Below, piece after piece: positions 23,201 through 30,946 of a stretch of 64,000 nt of DNA. Under the pieces are notes generated by a model. The model worked only from the letters and a program-made list of their open reading frames with translations, searched no databases and was not told where the DNA came from. The position numbers were made by a program, and so were the translations under genes. Source of the stretch: Verrucomicrobiota bacterium (GTDB lineage: Bacteria; Verrucomicrobiota; Verrucomicrobiia; Limisphaerales; J093); contig VHCO01000010.1 of the NCBI GenBank assembly GCA_016871715.1, positions 194 to 64,193 of the forward strand. The letters run 5' to 3'. The stretch's first letter is position 1. Each line of letters opens with the position of its first letter.

Positions 23201-25280
23201 TCCGGCCACCATGAGCCACGTCATCGCCGGACCCTACCCCGGCCGCTTCTATATCGGCACGGCCGACGAACTCGCCCTCTTCCACCAGCAACGCCTAAGC
23301 TACCCCCTCGCCGGCACGCTGAACCAAGGCGAAACCCGGGAAGCTACAGTGACCCTCGCGCCGGGCGCGCAGCGCCTTCGGGTCTGGCTCACCCAGGCAC
23401 TCGACAGCAACTTCGACCTTCATCTCTACGACGCCGCCGGAAACCACGTCGGTTGGGATCCCGTCGCCGGCGCGGATGCCGTGAACATTGCCGGCGCCGA
23501 ATACGGCGGGTCCGCGGGCGCGGCCGAGTGGATCTGGCTGGACGCGCTGCCCGGTGAGACCTATCGCGTCGTGGTCAACGCCACCGAGGTGCCGCTGGAT
23601 GCGGAGTACGCCGTCAGCCTCCTGGAAGTGCCCGGCTACCCTGCCCTGCTCGATTCGATCAGCCCAGCCATCGACCGCACCACCAACGCCCGCTCCTTCA
23701 GCGCCCTGATCAGCATCGTCGAGTACGGCCAGCAACGCGGCGTCGAGAGCGTCGCGGTTTCGGCCTCCGACCTCACCGACGGCTTGGGACACACTCTCCC
23801 CGCCGCCAACGTGGCGTTTGATCTCGCCAGCCCGCTCATTCCAGCCGGCGGCAGCGCGGATTTCAACGCGCTCTTCACCCTGCCCGTCAGCCTCCCGGAC
23901 GGGCGCTACACCGGAACGCTCACGATCGAGGGAATCGACGCCGTCAGCGGTGCCCCGGTCAGCGAGACGGTGCCCATCGTGATCGCCTTGGACACCTCGC
24001 CGCCGCCGGCGCCGGTGCTCGACCCGGTTGCGAGCCCCATCCTGGAGGGGCCGGCCACCCTCACCGGCACGGCCGATCCAGAGAGCGTCGTCGAGATCCT
24101 GCTCGACGGCGAACACGTCGAGTACGTCGTGCCCGAGCCGGACGGCAGCTTCATCCATCGGTTGGTCTATGTCCCCGCCGGCGACCATCTCTTGTCGGCT
24201 CGCGCTCACGATGCCGCCCACAATGCCAGCGAAGCCTCCCCGGCGGTCGCGGTGGTCTCGATGGTCGATTTGACCCCGCCAACCACTCAGCTCGCCGTCG
24301 AAGGCCAACAAGGCGAGAACGGTTGGCACGTGACGCCGGTGCTGCTCGACTTCACCGCGCAACACGAACCGGACGGCTCGGGCGCCGGCCAGACCTACTA
24401 CTCGTTCGACGGCGGCCTCAACTGGCTCGTGGATACGGGACGGAACGATCTCGCCGCCGAGGGCCAACACCAACTGTGGTTCTACTCCGATGACCAGGCC
24501 GGCAACCGCGAGGCGCCGCAGTTCACCCAAATCAAGCTCGATACTCGGGCGCCCCAAAGTGCCGTCGGCGCCTTGCCCGACCAACAGGCCTCCCCCGAGT
24601 TCGCCGTGGTTTGGGGACCGCTCGGCAGCCCCGACCTCTCCGGCATCGTCAGCTATGATCTCTACGTGTCCGACAACGACGCGCCCTTCCAACTCTGGCT
24701 CGACGACACCGCCAACACGGCCGCCGCCTTCGTCGGCCAAGCCGGTCACACCTACCAATTCTATAGCCGCGCACGCGACGCCGCCGGCAATGTCGAGGCC
24801 GCACCGGTCCAACCCGATGCCGTAACGACCGTGGCCGGCGGTGTCCCATTCACCCTCGATGCGATCGTCATCAACGACGGCACCCCCCAACGCTCTCGCG
24901 TCACCCGCATCACCCTCGAGTTCAGCGCCCCACCCGCCCTCGCCCCCGGCGCCCTGTTGCTCACCGACCAGGACGAGCAACCCGTCCCGATCACCTGGAG
25001 CGATCTCGCCGGCAACGGCCGCCAATGGGTCGTGACCTTCCCAACCGCCCCCTCGGGGTCGCTCACCGACGGCCAGTACCAGCTCTCCGTCTTCCCTACC
25101 CATATCACGGGGCCCGGTCAGCAGATCCTCGCCGGCGGCATCCAACGCCTTGGATTCCACTGCCGCTTCGGCGACGCCGACGGCGATGGCGACGTCGATT
25201 TCGCCGATCTATTCGCTTTCCGCCCCGTGCTGGAAGCCAACCTCGAGGCGCCCAAAGCCGACTCGCTCACCTCGCCTTGA
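17235..25280 (+). CDS. Giant protein fragment 7: CARDB, duplicated beta module with C13-like peptidase insert, helical domain, Ig-like domains, dockerin-like motif
   Basis: 2666-aa ORF. YAILFIGG (19659), LFVYTEDHG (His 19992), LFAQCFSGG (Cys 20139). INDGTPQRSRVT (24870). FGDADGDGDVDFADL (~25167-25211). Confidence 0.8.
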   Translation, partial: SNPLLITAAIRNESRVPLDLPFAVGFYVGGELVGTETIAALDAHADRWITLAAPVTNGQVDIRVVADMQNAVPESSENNNQRTLAGLTVDVRLPDLAVQTIQWNGPALRYGEAGQFKVRFTNLGLGESQGAFTLHLEVNGELVAAYRHEEILKSRASGYWFVDWTPDVTGDGVAEVAVTLDTLDEVAELVEDNNRWSVSVQLDPGIVIDLGSHTTLIDVYDAIRESQQVALASSEAITESYLTEDSITFTARVADSQAPDTPLGQPEGVTVQLRLLDSEGTELVATPMAYVASLAAFRYEFNVADAGLPEGTYTAEFEVAVPGQRPLTRYLPFELVADFAVSAATDKTTYATGENVRISGIVERADGLPVADAVLNILLIHNGQQRLFQAATDAQGRYQFLFDPHAGEGGEYSLAVSTIRRGLERAGFAWFDIQGLHVQSDAHMPVPVRQSGANVVTLTLTNLGTVTLDDLTFNLSDEEPNDAVIAVLKAEDAATTLAPEEATEVKVELYALDPSVPGTEQQFFFTVGNALGFNTTFVVETVVVRAEPLLAVDPESVHLGARPGGVAVTQTIAISNAGHAPLTDLVVLPPSLPWLTVSALGTDRLARGASTTVVLTAKPGPAVALNSYRDELGVVSNGGTAIIPIAIEVTEEIVGHLRVIVRNDFDLPVANADVYVSLASSPFEQLADPAIVERSLRLRGRTGADGTVTFADVLAGDYDGEASADFHQSAEGSVYVQPGSAVTDLVLTLELDSFRFSWNCTTSTEQQTLGRAQVDLVMSANVDGAPTLIPNKPAGEYFLRQGDPAGTDYAILFIGGSSASTLAERQSHNLDMFYLVARKLYIALVSYAGLDPRNIYVLCADGDDPSPDRESGKNSDKFSVNWYAATSAEFERVINLVKGKMEAEVAQGKLPHLFVYTEDHGAGLENNASRHDEEVLIGWGPGEIITNDTLAGWLNGLTAGYRTYLFAQCFSGGMLEELTVTDRMFGMAAATHQEVSWGSANSGFPVAFINGLRAGQTSTYGSFQYAFAHDDTAKAGGPNAAWVNAQFSHPWAVGHDFPIFAGSGMLSDSPIAPRDRDMFSLNNPSLDKITGVKVEAVGILGDAIRFGNGKTVLEIGEVPAQGSALFSFVIQKERFADVAEERIYDGGYLRATGNVGERLIETIIPIRIRIGPEGGRFEGQPYRITPFVGPWPTGALQYGESFVAQWFDRHPDLAPSGLSQVGLSQEISVEDELFTVEATFQNILPDIAFEAVRAEVLIATAPVNEAGKLPAGARLVTAEFQGESVASMPTTLLPEQSGTLKMRLKPGPGVGGSSDAGQTYYVHLRVRYQINGIEAVFTTAGRPIVVRPAPELSLRYGVPALGLPLNAGDTFRVNVTVTNSGAGTARNLKINVPDIDLTTALRGPSGVHLVHSSPRGDSVTELAFGDVAPSQTAEGWWEFSVLSPLRVSAFTTSFTAQDGARADVTLGSPLKETLVGKHTRQDLVQALTDLEHAIYAKIDADVDRAAAIVGETAGTVNELEALSKALQANYVFNFAVRSLRLLGTAISFGRASTQYAANEIGRFGYAIKQIGMVTASGSFLSSLFSLFKSTKPDIGQIWSGAFAEALKNPATAATTFRTFLETKFPVYLIRDYAVWNDLSAVVTQDPEALLAQLDVIIKKAENEFYRVEGTQALKDAIKKDLATSLGFLSSALPAYYPIDALYEEYVRLTEALQKATGGLGVPEVNRQTGEPVRQPTAWYSVGEKGAIVVGEWLPVYLTSWEFGTSFEPAYLLGKLLEHQHYQLSLHWELIAMKWQQSMLSSAATAAGLLPFSGVGIAGFLGRTSAMVANWAIDAALQTVQEAEVWGFEWIAKRFADLLHNQEFENSGVWRMSSDIKFHLQYLDERAPVDPAVPLFVESVSIPDIELAPDALSGTGTAHVVVRNDASGPIQVVPVLQIVGGGEDAGRFEGEAALIPAGAAATLTATYAGVKSSLVDLHGYDVRVELLAIDPATMSHVIAGPYPGRFYIGTADELALFHQQRLSYPLAGTLNQGETREATVTLAPGAQRLRVWLTQALDSNFDLHLYDAAGNHVGWDPVAGADAVNIAGAEYGGSAGAAEWIWLDALPGETYRVVVNATEVPLDAEYAVSLLEVPGYPALLDSISPAIDRTTNARSFSALISIVEYGQQRGVESVAVSASDLTDGLGHTLPAANVAFDLASPLIPAGGSADFNALFTLPVSLPDGRYTGTLTIEGIDAVSGAPVSETVPIVIALDTSPPPAPVLDPVASPILEGPATLTGTADPESVVEILLDGEHVEYVVPEPDGSFIHRLVYVPAGDHLLSARAHDAAHNASEASPAVAVVSMVDLTPPTTQLAVEGQQGENGWHVTPVLLDFTAQHEPDGSGAGQTYYSFDGGLNWLVDTGRNDLAAEGQHQLWFYSDDQAGNREAPQFTQIKLDTRAPQSAVGALPDQQASPEFAVVWGPLGSPDLSGIVSYDLYVSDNDAPFQLWLDDTANTAAAFVGQAGHTYQFYSRARDAAGNVEAAPVQPDAVTTVAGGVPFTLDAIVINDGTPQRSRVTRITLEFSAPPALAPGALLLTDQDEQPVPITWSDLAGNGRQWVVTFPTAPSGSLTDGQYQLSVFPTHITGPGQQILAGGIQRLGFHCRFGDADGDGDVDFADLFAFRPVLEANLEAPKADSLTSP

Positions 25281-25392
25281 CTGCTCCGCTGGTCGGGGCA
25301 AAGGCCCTCTCCGACACGTCCCTGCTGCAGGAGGCCGACAGCCCGGCCCCGGCCGGAGCCGCGCCTCCGCCGGCCCCGCAACCCGCCGTCCT

Positions 25393-26235
25393 ATGACCAC
25401 CATGCCGCTCCCATCTCCTGGTTCAGGTCGCGCCTCGATCCGACGCCGACTCGGATGCATGCTCTGGACTTCCGTCGCCCTGCTATGCGCCAGCGCGCTT
25501 CCCGACCCTGCCCGCGCGGGCCAACTCCTCTTCGACCAGGGCGAGTACGAGGCGCCTGTCGGCCAGCCCTTCCAGGTCCGCATCGAGTTGGACATGAACG
25601 ACAGCCTTCCGGGTCCGCACCTCCTTCAGCCGCTCTTCAGCATGGGCGTCCGCGTGGTCTTCCCCGCTGGCGCCGCCCAGGTCCAAGGCCTGTCCGACCT
25701 TGCTGTCACCCCAGCGCTCGACAGCAATGGCCTGGGCGGACCTGCGCTCAAGGAATCTGGGCCCGACTACGCCGCCGCCGCCGGCGCACTCAAAGCTGGC
25801 TTTCCTGTCACGCTCGACCCGCTCGTCCTCACGTTAACCCTGCTCAACCTCTCCGCCACGCCCTACGAACTGCGCCTCGCCTTCTTCCGGCCTCCGCCCT
25901 GGGCGAACTTCCACGATGTCGCGGGCACAACCCTGGATGGCCAGATTACCACGCTGGGAACCGCCACGGTCACCACCCCGGGTAGCACGGTCATCCGCCT
26001 GACCGGAATCCAGCCCGCCAGTCAAGCCGCTACCGTCGAGATCACCTTCATCGGCCCCGATCGCCCGGCCACCGCCTTCGCCCTCGAGGCGACCTCCGCG
26101 ATCGAGGGTCAGCCCTGGACCACGATCCTAGACGCCACGATTCTCAAGACCGGCGCCAGAACCTATCGTGCAACCGCCCCTCTGACCCTGACCCCCACGC
26201 CACAGCAGTTCTTCCGCATTGTGGGTACACCCTGA
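25393..26235 (+). CDS. Secreted protein with cohesin-like beta-sandwich and C-terminal putative sorting domain
   Basis: ATG 25393. Signal peptide RRRLGCMLWTSVALLCASALPDPARA. Alternating beta pattern VGQPFQVRIELD...LFSMGVRVVFP. Tail ALEATSAIEGQPWT...QQFFRIV. The cohesin call is pattern-level only. Confidence 0.6.
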   Translation: MTTMPLPSPGSGRASIRRRLGCMLWTSVALLCASALPDPARAGQLLFDQGEYEAPVGQPFQVRIELDMNDSLPGPHLLQPLFSMGVRVVFPAGAAQVQGLSDLAVTPALDSNGLGGPALKESGPDYAAAAGALKAGFPVTLDPLVLTLTLLNLSATPYELRLAFFRPPPWANFHDVAGTTLDGQITTLGTATVTTPGSTVIRLTGIQPASQAATVEITFIGPDRPATAFALEATSAIEGQPWTTILDATILKTGARTYRATAPLTLTPTPQQFFRIVGTP

Positions 26236-26319
26236 CGCTGGCCCCTTGGCCCCTTAGGCCACCCTTTGCCTTTCCCTTTTGCGTTTTGCGACCACTTGGC
26301 TGCAGGACGCGTGAGTCCT

Positions 26320-26343
26320 CTCACGCTCACGCTCACGCTCACA
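26320..26343 (+). repeat. Hexamer microsatellite (CTCACG)x3 + CTCACA
   Basis: Read directly in the intergenic region. Confidence 0.7.
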
Positions 26344-26909
26344 CATACGTCCTCATGGGCTCCCAGGGAGTCGCAGCACTGTCCCCTGCCCCCCCCGCGA
26401 GCGCCATTTTGTCCCAGGAGGAGAAGCGAGAAACGTACTTGTCAAGTATTACTATCGTGGCAGGTAGTAAATATCCCAAAGTGGTGGTCGCCCACCAGAT
26501 GCCAATCCGGCGGCTCGACGCAGGCCCGCAAGCCTGTGGGTGAATAGAAGGTCGTCCCGCTCCCGATGGTGCGCATGCTCTGGCGCCGGCGCGTGGTCGA
26601 GTTGCCTGGCGGGCCGGCTTCGGAACCCACTGATCTGGAATGGAATGGAGCACCAAAAAGGTTGACAACCGGCACATCGCAAGAAACCCTAACGCCAATG
26701 ATCGCACCGAATCGAGGATCATTATGTCATCTTTCGGTCACAGCAGTTGGGCAGGCTGGCCGGTGGATCCCCTCGAAGAGGCAGTGTACCGGATCCACAA
26801 AACCCACCGGTCGGCGCCTCGCGGCTGACTTCCCTCGGGCGCGGTTGCTTTCTGAATCCCGCCCCCGCTTCTGATCCCCCCTCTGCATGATCTCCGACCG
26901 CCAACTTCC

Positions 26910-29900
26910 ATGAAACGAATCCATTCAGCATCCCTCGCTGCCTTGTCGCTGATCGCCGCCCTTGGTGCCTTGCTCCCACCCGCTGCGGACGCCCGCACCG
27001 CCGCGGATTCCCTCCACTTCCGCAACCTCAGCAGCGAGGCACCCGGCGATCCGGCCCTTCAGGACCGATACCCAATGCTCGCCATTGTGGGAAACAGCAT
27101 CCACCTCGCGTGGCTGGCGGTCTCGGATGACCTGCAGACCCAGCGCCTGCTTTACCGCCGCTCGACCGATGGCGGGCTAACCTTTGAGCCGGTCCGGATC
27201 CTCCTTGATGGCAGTGGGACCGACCTGCATTCCGGACTCTTCAGTCAACACTCCGAGACCGGCCAGGCTCCAGCCTTTCTCGCTGCCGCAGACGGCGGCG
27301 TCCACGTCGTGCTGCTGCGAAGTGGCGGTGGCCTGGCCCCGCAGATCGTCTACCTTCGTTCCACCGATGGTGGCACCACCTTTCAGACCCCGAAAATCCT
27401 CGGCACAGTGGAAACCCATCCGCCCAACCCAAGTCCGGGCAAAGGCCACACCGCGGACCTCGGCCCGCCCTTGGTCGCCGCTGCCGGCGACCGGGTTGCG
27501 ATTGCCTTTCGCTACACTCGGGCGAGCGCCGTGTATACCGAGGTGTTTGGCTGGCAATATGGTTACTACCCTGGGCTTTCCATCTCCCACTCCGCCAACG
27601 GCGGGGCGAGTTTCGAGACCTCGGGCGTCAGCGGCGACCCGCCTACCGCGGTGGCGGCGACTCCCACCCAGTTGACCATTCAGGGCGACGAGGTGCTGTT
27701 GGCGGCGCGAGACAACGAAGCATTCGGCATCGGAGGTCTGAAATCCGCAGTGCACGCCGGGATATCCACCGATGGGGGTGCCAACTTCAGCTTCCGGCGG
27801 CTTCGTGAGCGCTTGGAGACGGCCTTTGGCGACGCGGTGCGAATGGTGAAAACCGGGCCAACCGTACTGGTCTTCTTCAGTTCCGAAGACAGCAGCGAAC
27901 CGGCCTTGGGAACTCTGTTCTGCTGTCGGTCGACGGACGGCGGCACCACCTATTCGCCCCCGCTCCGCCTGACGGACTCCCCGGCACAACTCGCCAATTC
28001 TTCCGGCTTCGCCGCCGCCGCCAACGGCGATGAGATTTTCGTCGGTGCCGTGGATGTATCGGACAGTATGGCCGGCCGCATGTTGGTGCAGCGTTCGACC
28101 GATGCGGGTGCTTCGTTTTCGCCCTGGTCGGTTCTCGCAGATGCCACCAATCCGCGAAGCACGCTGTTGACGCCGGTATCCTGGCCGCGGCTGACAGTGG
28201 TTCCCGGGAACCCGGGCGCAGCCCGTGTCGGACTGCTCTGGGGCGGGAGCTTTCTAGCTCGCAGCAAGGATTCGGCTGCAAGCTATGTGTCCCCGGTGAT
28301 CGTGCGACCGCCGATCGAAGTGATGCGATCAGAGCCGGACATCGCTCCGCAATGGCTTGCTGGACCCGACGGCACGCTGCATCTGGCAACTGCCTCGCGC
28401 TCAAGCGTGCTCCCCGACGAATACGACATCTACTACCGCCGGTTCAGCACGGTGGCCGATCCGGTCGTTCCGGGGCAGGCCTTGGCCATGGATCACGCTG
28501 CCCCACCGCCGGGCGACACGCTCAATCCGCGACATCGCGACTCGCTACAAATTCCGGCAGTACCGGCGCTGGATTTGGGAAGCGCCTTTACCATCGAGTT
28601 CTGGGCCCGTTTCCGCGGCAAGCTTGCCAGCCAACTGCCATTCTCTAGCCAGGCGCTGGGGATTCAGGCCGGCATCGGGCAAACGCCCTCGCTGGAAAAC
28701 CGTTTCCGGCTCACCATGGGCACTACGGACGGCATTTTTGAGGTCACGGGCAGCACCCTCGATCCGCAGCCGGACACTTGGTACCATTTCGCGTTGCGCT
28801 ATGATGCCTCGCTGGCCGCCAACCAACTTGCCCTGCTGATCAACGGCCAAGTCGAGGCACAAGGGAATGCCAGCGGTGCCTGGATTCGCGAGCAAGGCCC
28901 GTTTTACTTCGGCAACACGGTTTTTGATTTCAGTGGTGAGCTCGATGAGATCCGTTTCTGGGACACCGCCCTCTCGGATGCCACCATCCGCAGCCGCTAC
29001 CGGTCGCCGCTGATGGGAACCGAAGCAGGTTTGGTGGCATGGTTTCCGCTCGACGGTCATACCCGCGACGCCACCGGTACCGTTCCCGACGGCCTGCTCT
29101 CCTGCCGGGAGTCCTTTGTCACCGGAGTCTCCTTGGTCGCCGGCGTCCCGGTTCCGGCAGGGCTCGTCAGTTGGTGGCGGGCCGAAGGCAATTTCCTCGA
29201 CCATCAGGGTTCCAACAACGCCACCGGCGTGGGTGGGGTGGGCTTCGCGACCGGCATGGTCAACCAAGCGTTCGACCTCAACGGCACGACCGCCTTGGCT
29301 CAAGTCGTCACGCCGACAGGCCTGCCGCTTGGCGCCGCCCCGCGCACACTCATGCTCTGGTGCAAAACCCCGCGTGTTCTGGTGACTTCAACCGAGTCCG
29401 CGCTGATCCAATATGGCTCGGAAGCCAACAGCCGCATGTTCGGCCTCATCACCTCCGCCAACGCGCCGGGCAAACTCTACTTTTTCGGCTACAATCATGA
29501 CGTCGCCGGCGACACCACGCTCAGCCCGGACAACTGGCACCACATCGCCGTGACCTACGACGGCACCACGGTGCGGCTCTTTGTCGACGGCAATCCCGAC
29601 GGTCAAGCCGTCCGCTCACTCGATACGGCGCTCAACGGCAACGGTCTAACCATCGGCAGCCGCCCCGGCAGTTCCAAATGGCTCGGTCAACTCGACGAAG
29701 TCATGGTCTTCAACCGCGCCCTGGACCCTGCAGAAATCGCCGCCATCCATGCCGCCGGCGAAGCGGGCCTCACCACCGGAGTCATGCCCGTCGCCCCTGG
29801 GCTGACCGTCGTCCGCGATGGCGGGGCGGTGCGGATTGCCTGGCTCTCGGAAAACGGGTTGCGGTACCGGATCCAGACGTCCACCACCCTTGCCGCGGGT

Positions 29901-30008
29901 AGTTGGGCCGACGAAGGACTCCTCCTCGGCACCGGTGGCCCGCTGAGCGCAAACCTGCCCATCGGCCCTGAGCCGCGAATGTTCATCCGCCTGCTCGTGA
30001 GCGAGTGA
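26910..30008 (+). CDS. Secreted BNR/Asp-box (sialidase-like) beta-propeller with two LamG/ConA-like domains and C-terminal putative sorting domain
   Basis: Signal peptide. Asp-boxes RSTDGGLTF, RSTDGGTTF, HSANGGASF, ISTDGGANF, RSTDGGTTY, RSTDAGASF. LamG motifs WYHFALRYD..GELDEIRFW and WHHIAVTYDG..GQLDEVMVF. Confidence 0.85.
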   Translation: MKRIHSASLAALSLIAALGALLPPAADARTAADSLHFRNLSSEAPGDPALQDRYPMLAIVGNSIHLAWLAVSDDLQTQRLLYRRSTDGGLTFEPVRILLDGSGTDLHSGLFSQHSETGQAPAFLAAADGGVHVVLLRSGGGLAPQIVYLRSTDGGTTFQTPKILGTVETHPPNPSPGKGHTADLGPPLVAAAGDRVAIAFRYTRASAVYTEVFGWQYGYYPGLSISHSANGGASFETSGVSGDPPTAVAATPTQLTIQGDEVLLAARDNEAFGIGGLKSAVHAGISTDGGANFSFRRLRERLETAFGDAVRMVKTGPTVLVFFSSEDSSEPALGTLFCCRSTDGGTTYSPPLRLTDSPAQLANSSGFAAAANGDEIFVGAVDVSDSMAGRMLVQRSTDAGASFSPWSVLADATNPRSTLLTPVSWPRLTVVPGNPGAARVGLLWGGSFLARSKDSAASYVSPVIVRPPIEVMRSEPDIAPQWLAGPDGTLHLATASRSSVLPDEYDIYYRRFSTVADPVVPGQALAMDHAAPPPGDTLNPRHRDSLQIPAVPALDLGSAFTIEFWARFRGKLASQLPFSSQALGIQAGIGQTPSLENRFRLTMGTTDGIFEVTGSTLDPQPDTWYHFALRYDASLAANQLALLINGQVEAQGNASGAWIREQGPFYFGNTVFDFSGELDEIRFWDTALSDATIRSRYRSPLMGTEAGLVAWFPLDGHTRDATGTVPDGLLSCRESFVTGVSLVAGVPVPAGLVSWWRAEGNFLDHQGSNNATGVGGVGFATGMVNQAFDLNGTTALAQVVTPTGLPLGAAPRTLMLWCKTPRVLVTSTESALIQYGSEANSRMFGLITSANAPGKLYFFGYNHDVAGDTTLSPDNWHHIAVTYDGTTVRLFVDGNPDGQAVRSLDTALNGNGLTIGSRPGSSKWLGQLDEVMVFNRALDPAEIAAIHAAGEAGLTTGVMPVAPGLTVVRDGGAVRIAWLSENGLRYRIQTSTTLAAGSWADEGLLLGTGGPLSANLPIGPEPRMFIRLLVSE

Positions 30009-30381
30009 ACGGGCAACCACCCCAATCGGAATCGGCACCCACGTGTGGAACTTCGAGCGCGCCACGCGGTTGCTGGATTTGGCCGAGCGCGCGCAGATGA
30101 AGCTCTTGCGTGTCTGGGGCGAAGGGGAGTTGCCGCCGGACTGGTGTTACGACGAGTGCGACCGACGCGCGTTGCTGATCTAGCAGGGCGGCTAGTGCGC
30201 TGCGTGCCGCCGTCACCGTCACCCCCCGTACGCGGTCCGCGTGGGCTTGCGGAGCGCTGCCCGGGACCGCACCTCCCGTACGGTGCCGTTTTCCCCGCGT
30301 GGTTTTCCGCGTTGCCAAGGGCGGAGGGTTGGTTCAGAAAAGGCCGGGTAGGCAACGTGCGGCGTTGAGTCGTTGGCTGCG

Positions 30382-30750
30382 ATGCGTAGAACCGTACCCC
30401 AACCGCCCGTGGATCCGCTCCTGCGAGATGCGGAACGGCACGACTTTTGGCTGGGCTTGGGCGTGGCGCTCGTGGCGATCATCCTGCTGCTGTCCGGTGC
30501 CCGGCACGTGACGGGAATCGAGACCGAGCCCGGTCAATCGGCCCGAGAAACGCAGTTGGTGCGGGCTTTTGCCCGGGGCGGACTCGAGTTCCAGGAAGCA
30601 GTCATATCGTTAGACCCGGCTCTGTTCGAGGACCCAAGCCAAGCGGCCGCCGCACTGGATCGTGCCGCTCGCATCGTCGAGTTGCCCCTCCGGGACCGCT
30701 ACCGGGTGAATCTGGGAGCCAAAGATCCCTGCCCGACGTGAATCAAGTAA
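30382..30750 (+). CDS. Single-pass membrane protein, candidate selenoprotein with C-terminal CxxU (C-P-T-U-I-K)
   Basis: TM helix FWLGLGVALVAIILLLSG. Ends TGC CCG ACG TGA ATC AAG TAA (TGA 30739-30741, TAA 30748-30750). Hairpin immediately downstream. The CDS itself is well supported; Sec recoding is inferred. Confidence 0.7.
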
Positions 30751-30780
30751 GCGACAGCCACACGGCGTGGCTGACCCTTG
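30742..30780 (+). promoter_or_regulatory. Putative bacterial SECIS element
   Basis: Perfect 7-bp stem CAGCCAC (30755-30761) / GTGGCTG (30767-30773) with G-containing loop ACGGC starting 20 nt after the UGA. Possible lower pairing CAAG (30744-30747) / CTTG (30777-30780). Confidence 0.6.
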
Positions 30781-30946
30781 CGAAGGCGGTGAACCCAAGG
30801 ATCGACCGCAGCATGCGGGCCGGGGTTGGGCGCGCCGGTTTGCGGCCTTCTGCACGGCAACTTAAGCTTTGCAGTGTGCACAGTGGTTTCCGGCGCGCAG
30901 CGGATTCCGCGCCCAACCGCCTATTGGTCGTCTATCTGGGTTGCGC

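Larger units (their letters stand above)
1437..25396 (+). pseudogene. Giant (~7,900 aa) multidomain secreted/surface protein with LEPRxLL N-terminus and dockerin-like C-terminus; fragmented (pseudogene or consensus errors)
   Basis: ORFs 1437-3167, 2834-5113, 5129-9442, 8932-14430, 14478-15191, 14855-17680 and 17280-25280 continue one another's domains across breaks at ~3120, 5111 (TAG), ~9340, ~14423, ~15112 and ~17235. A probable last shift near 25265 leads to TGA 25394-25396, which overlaps the next ATG. Confidence 0.8.

Noticed and set aside
12598-25160. Long minus-strand ORFs (12598-14283, 15383-17269, 19845-21689, 23295-25160), and similarly 38977-41289 and 48877-50244
   Set aside because: Antisense shadows of high-GC genes, with no motifs of their own.
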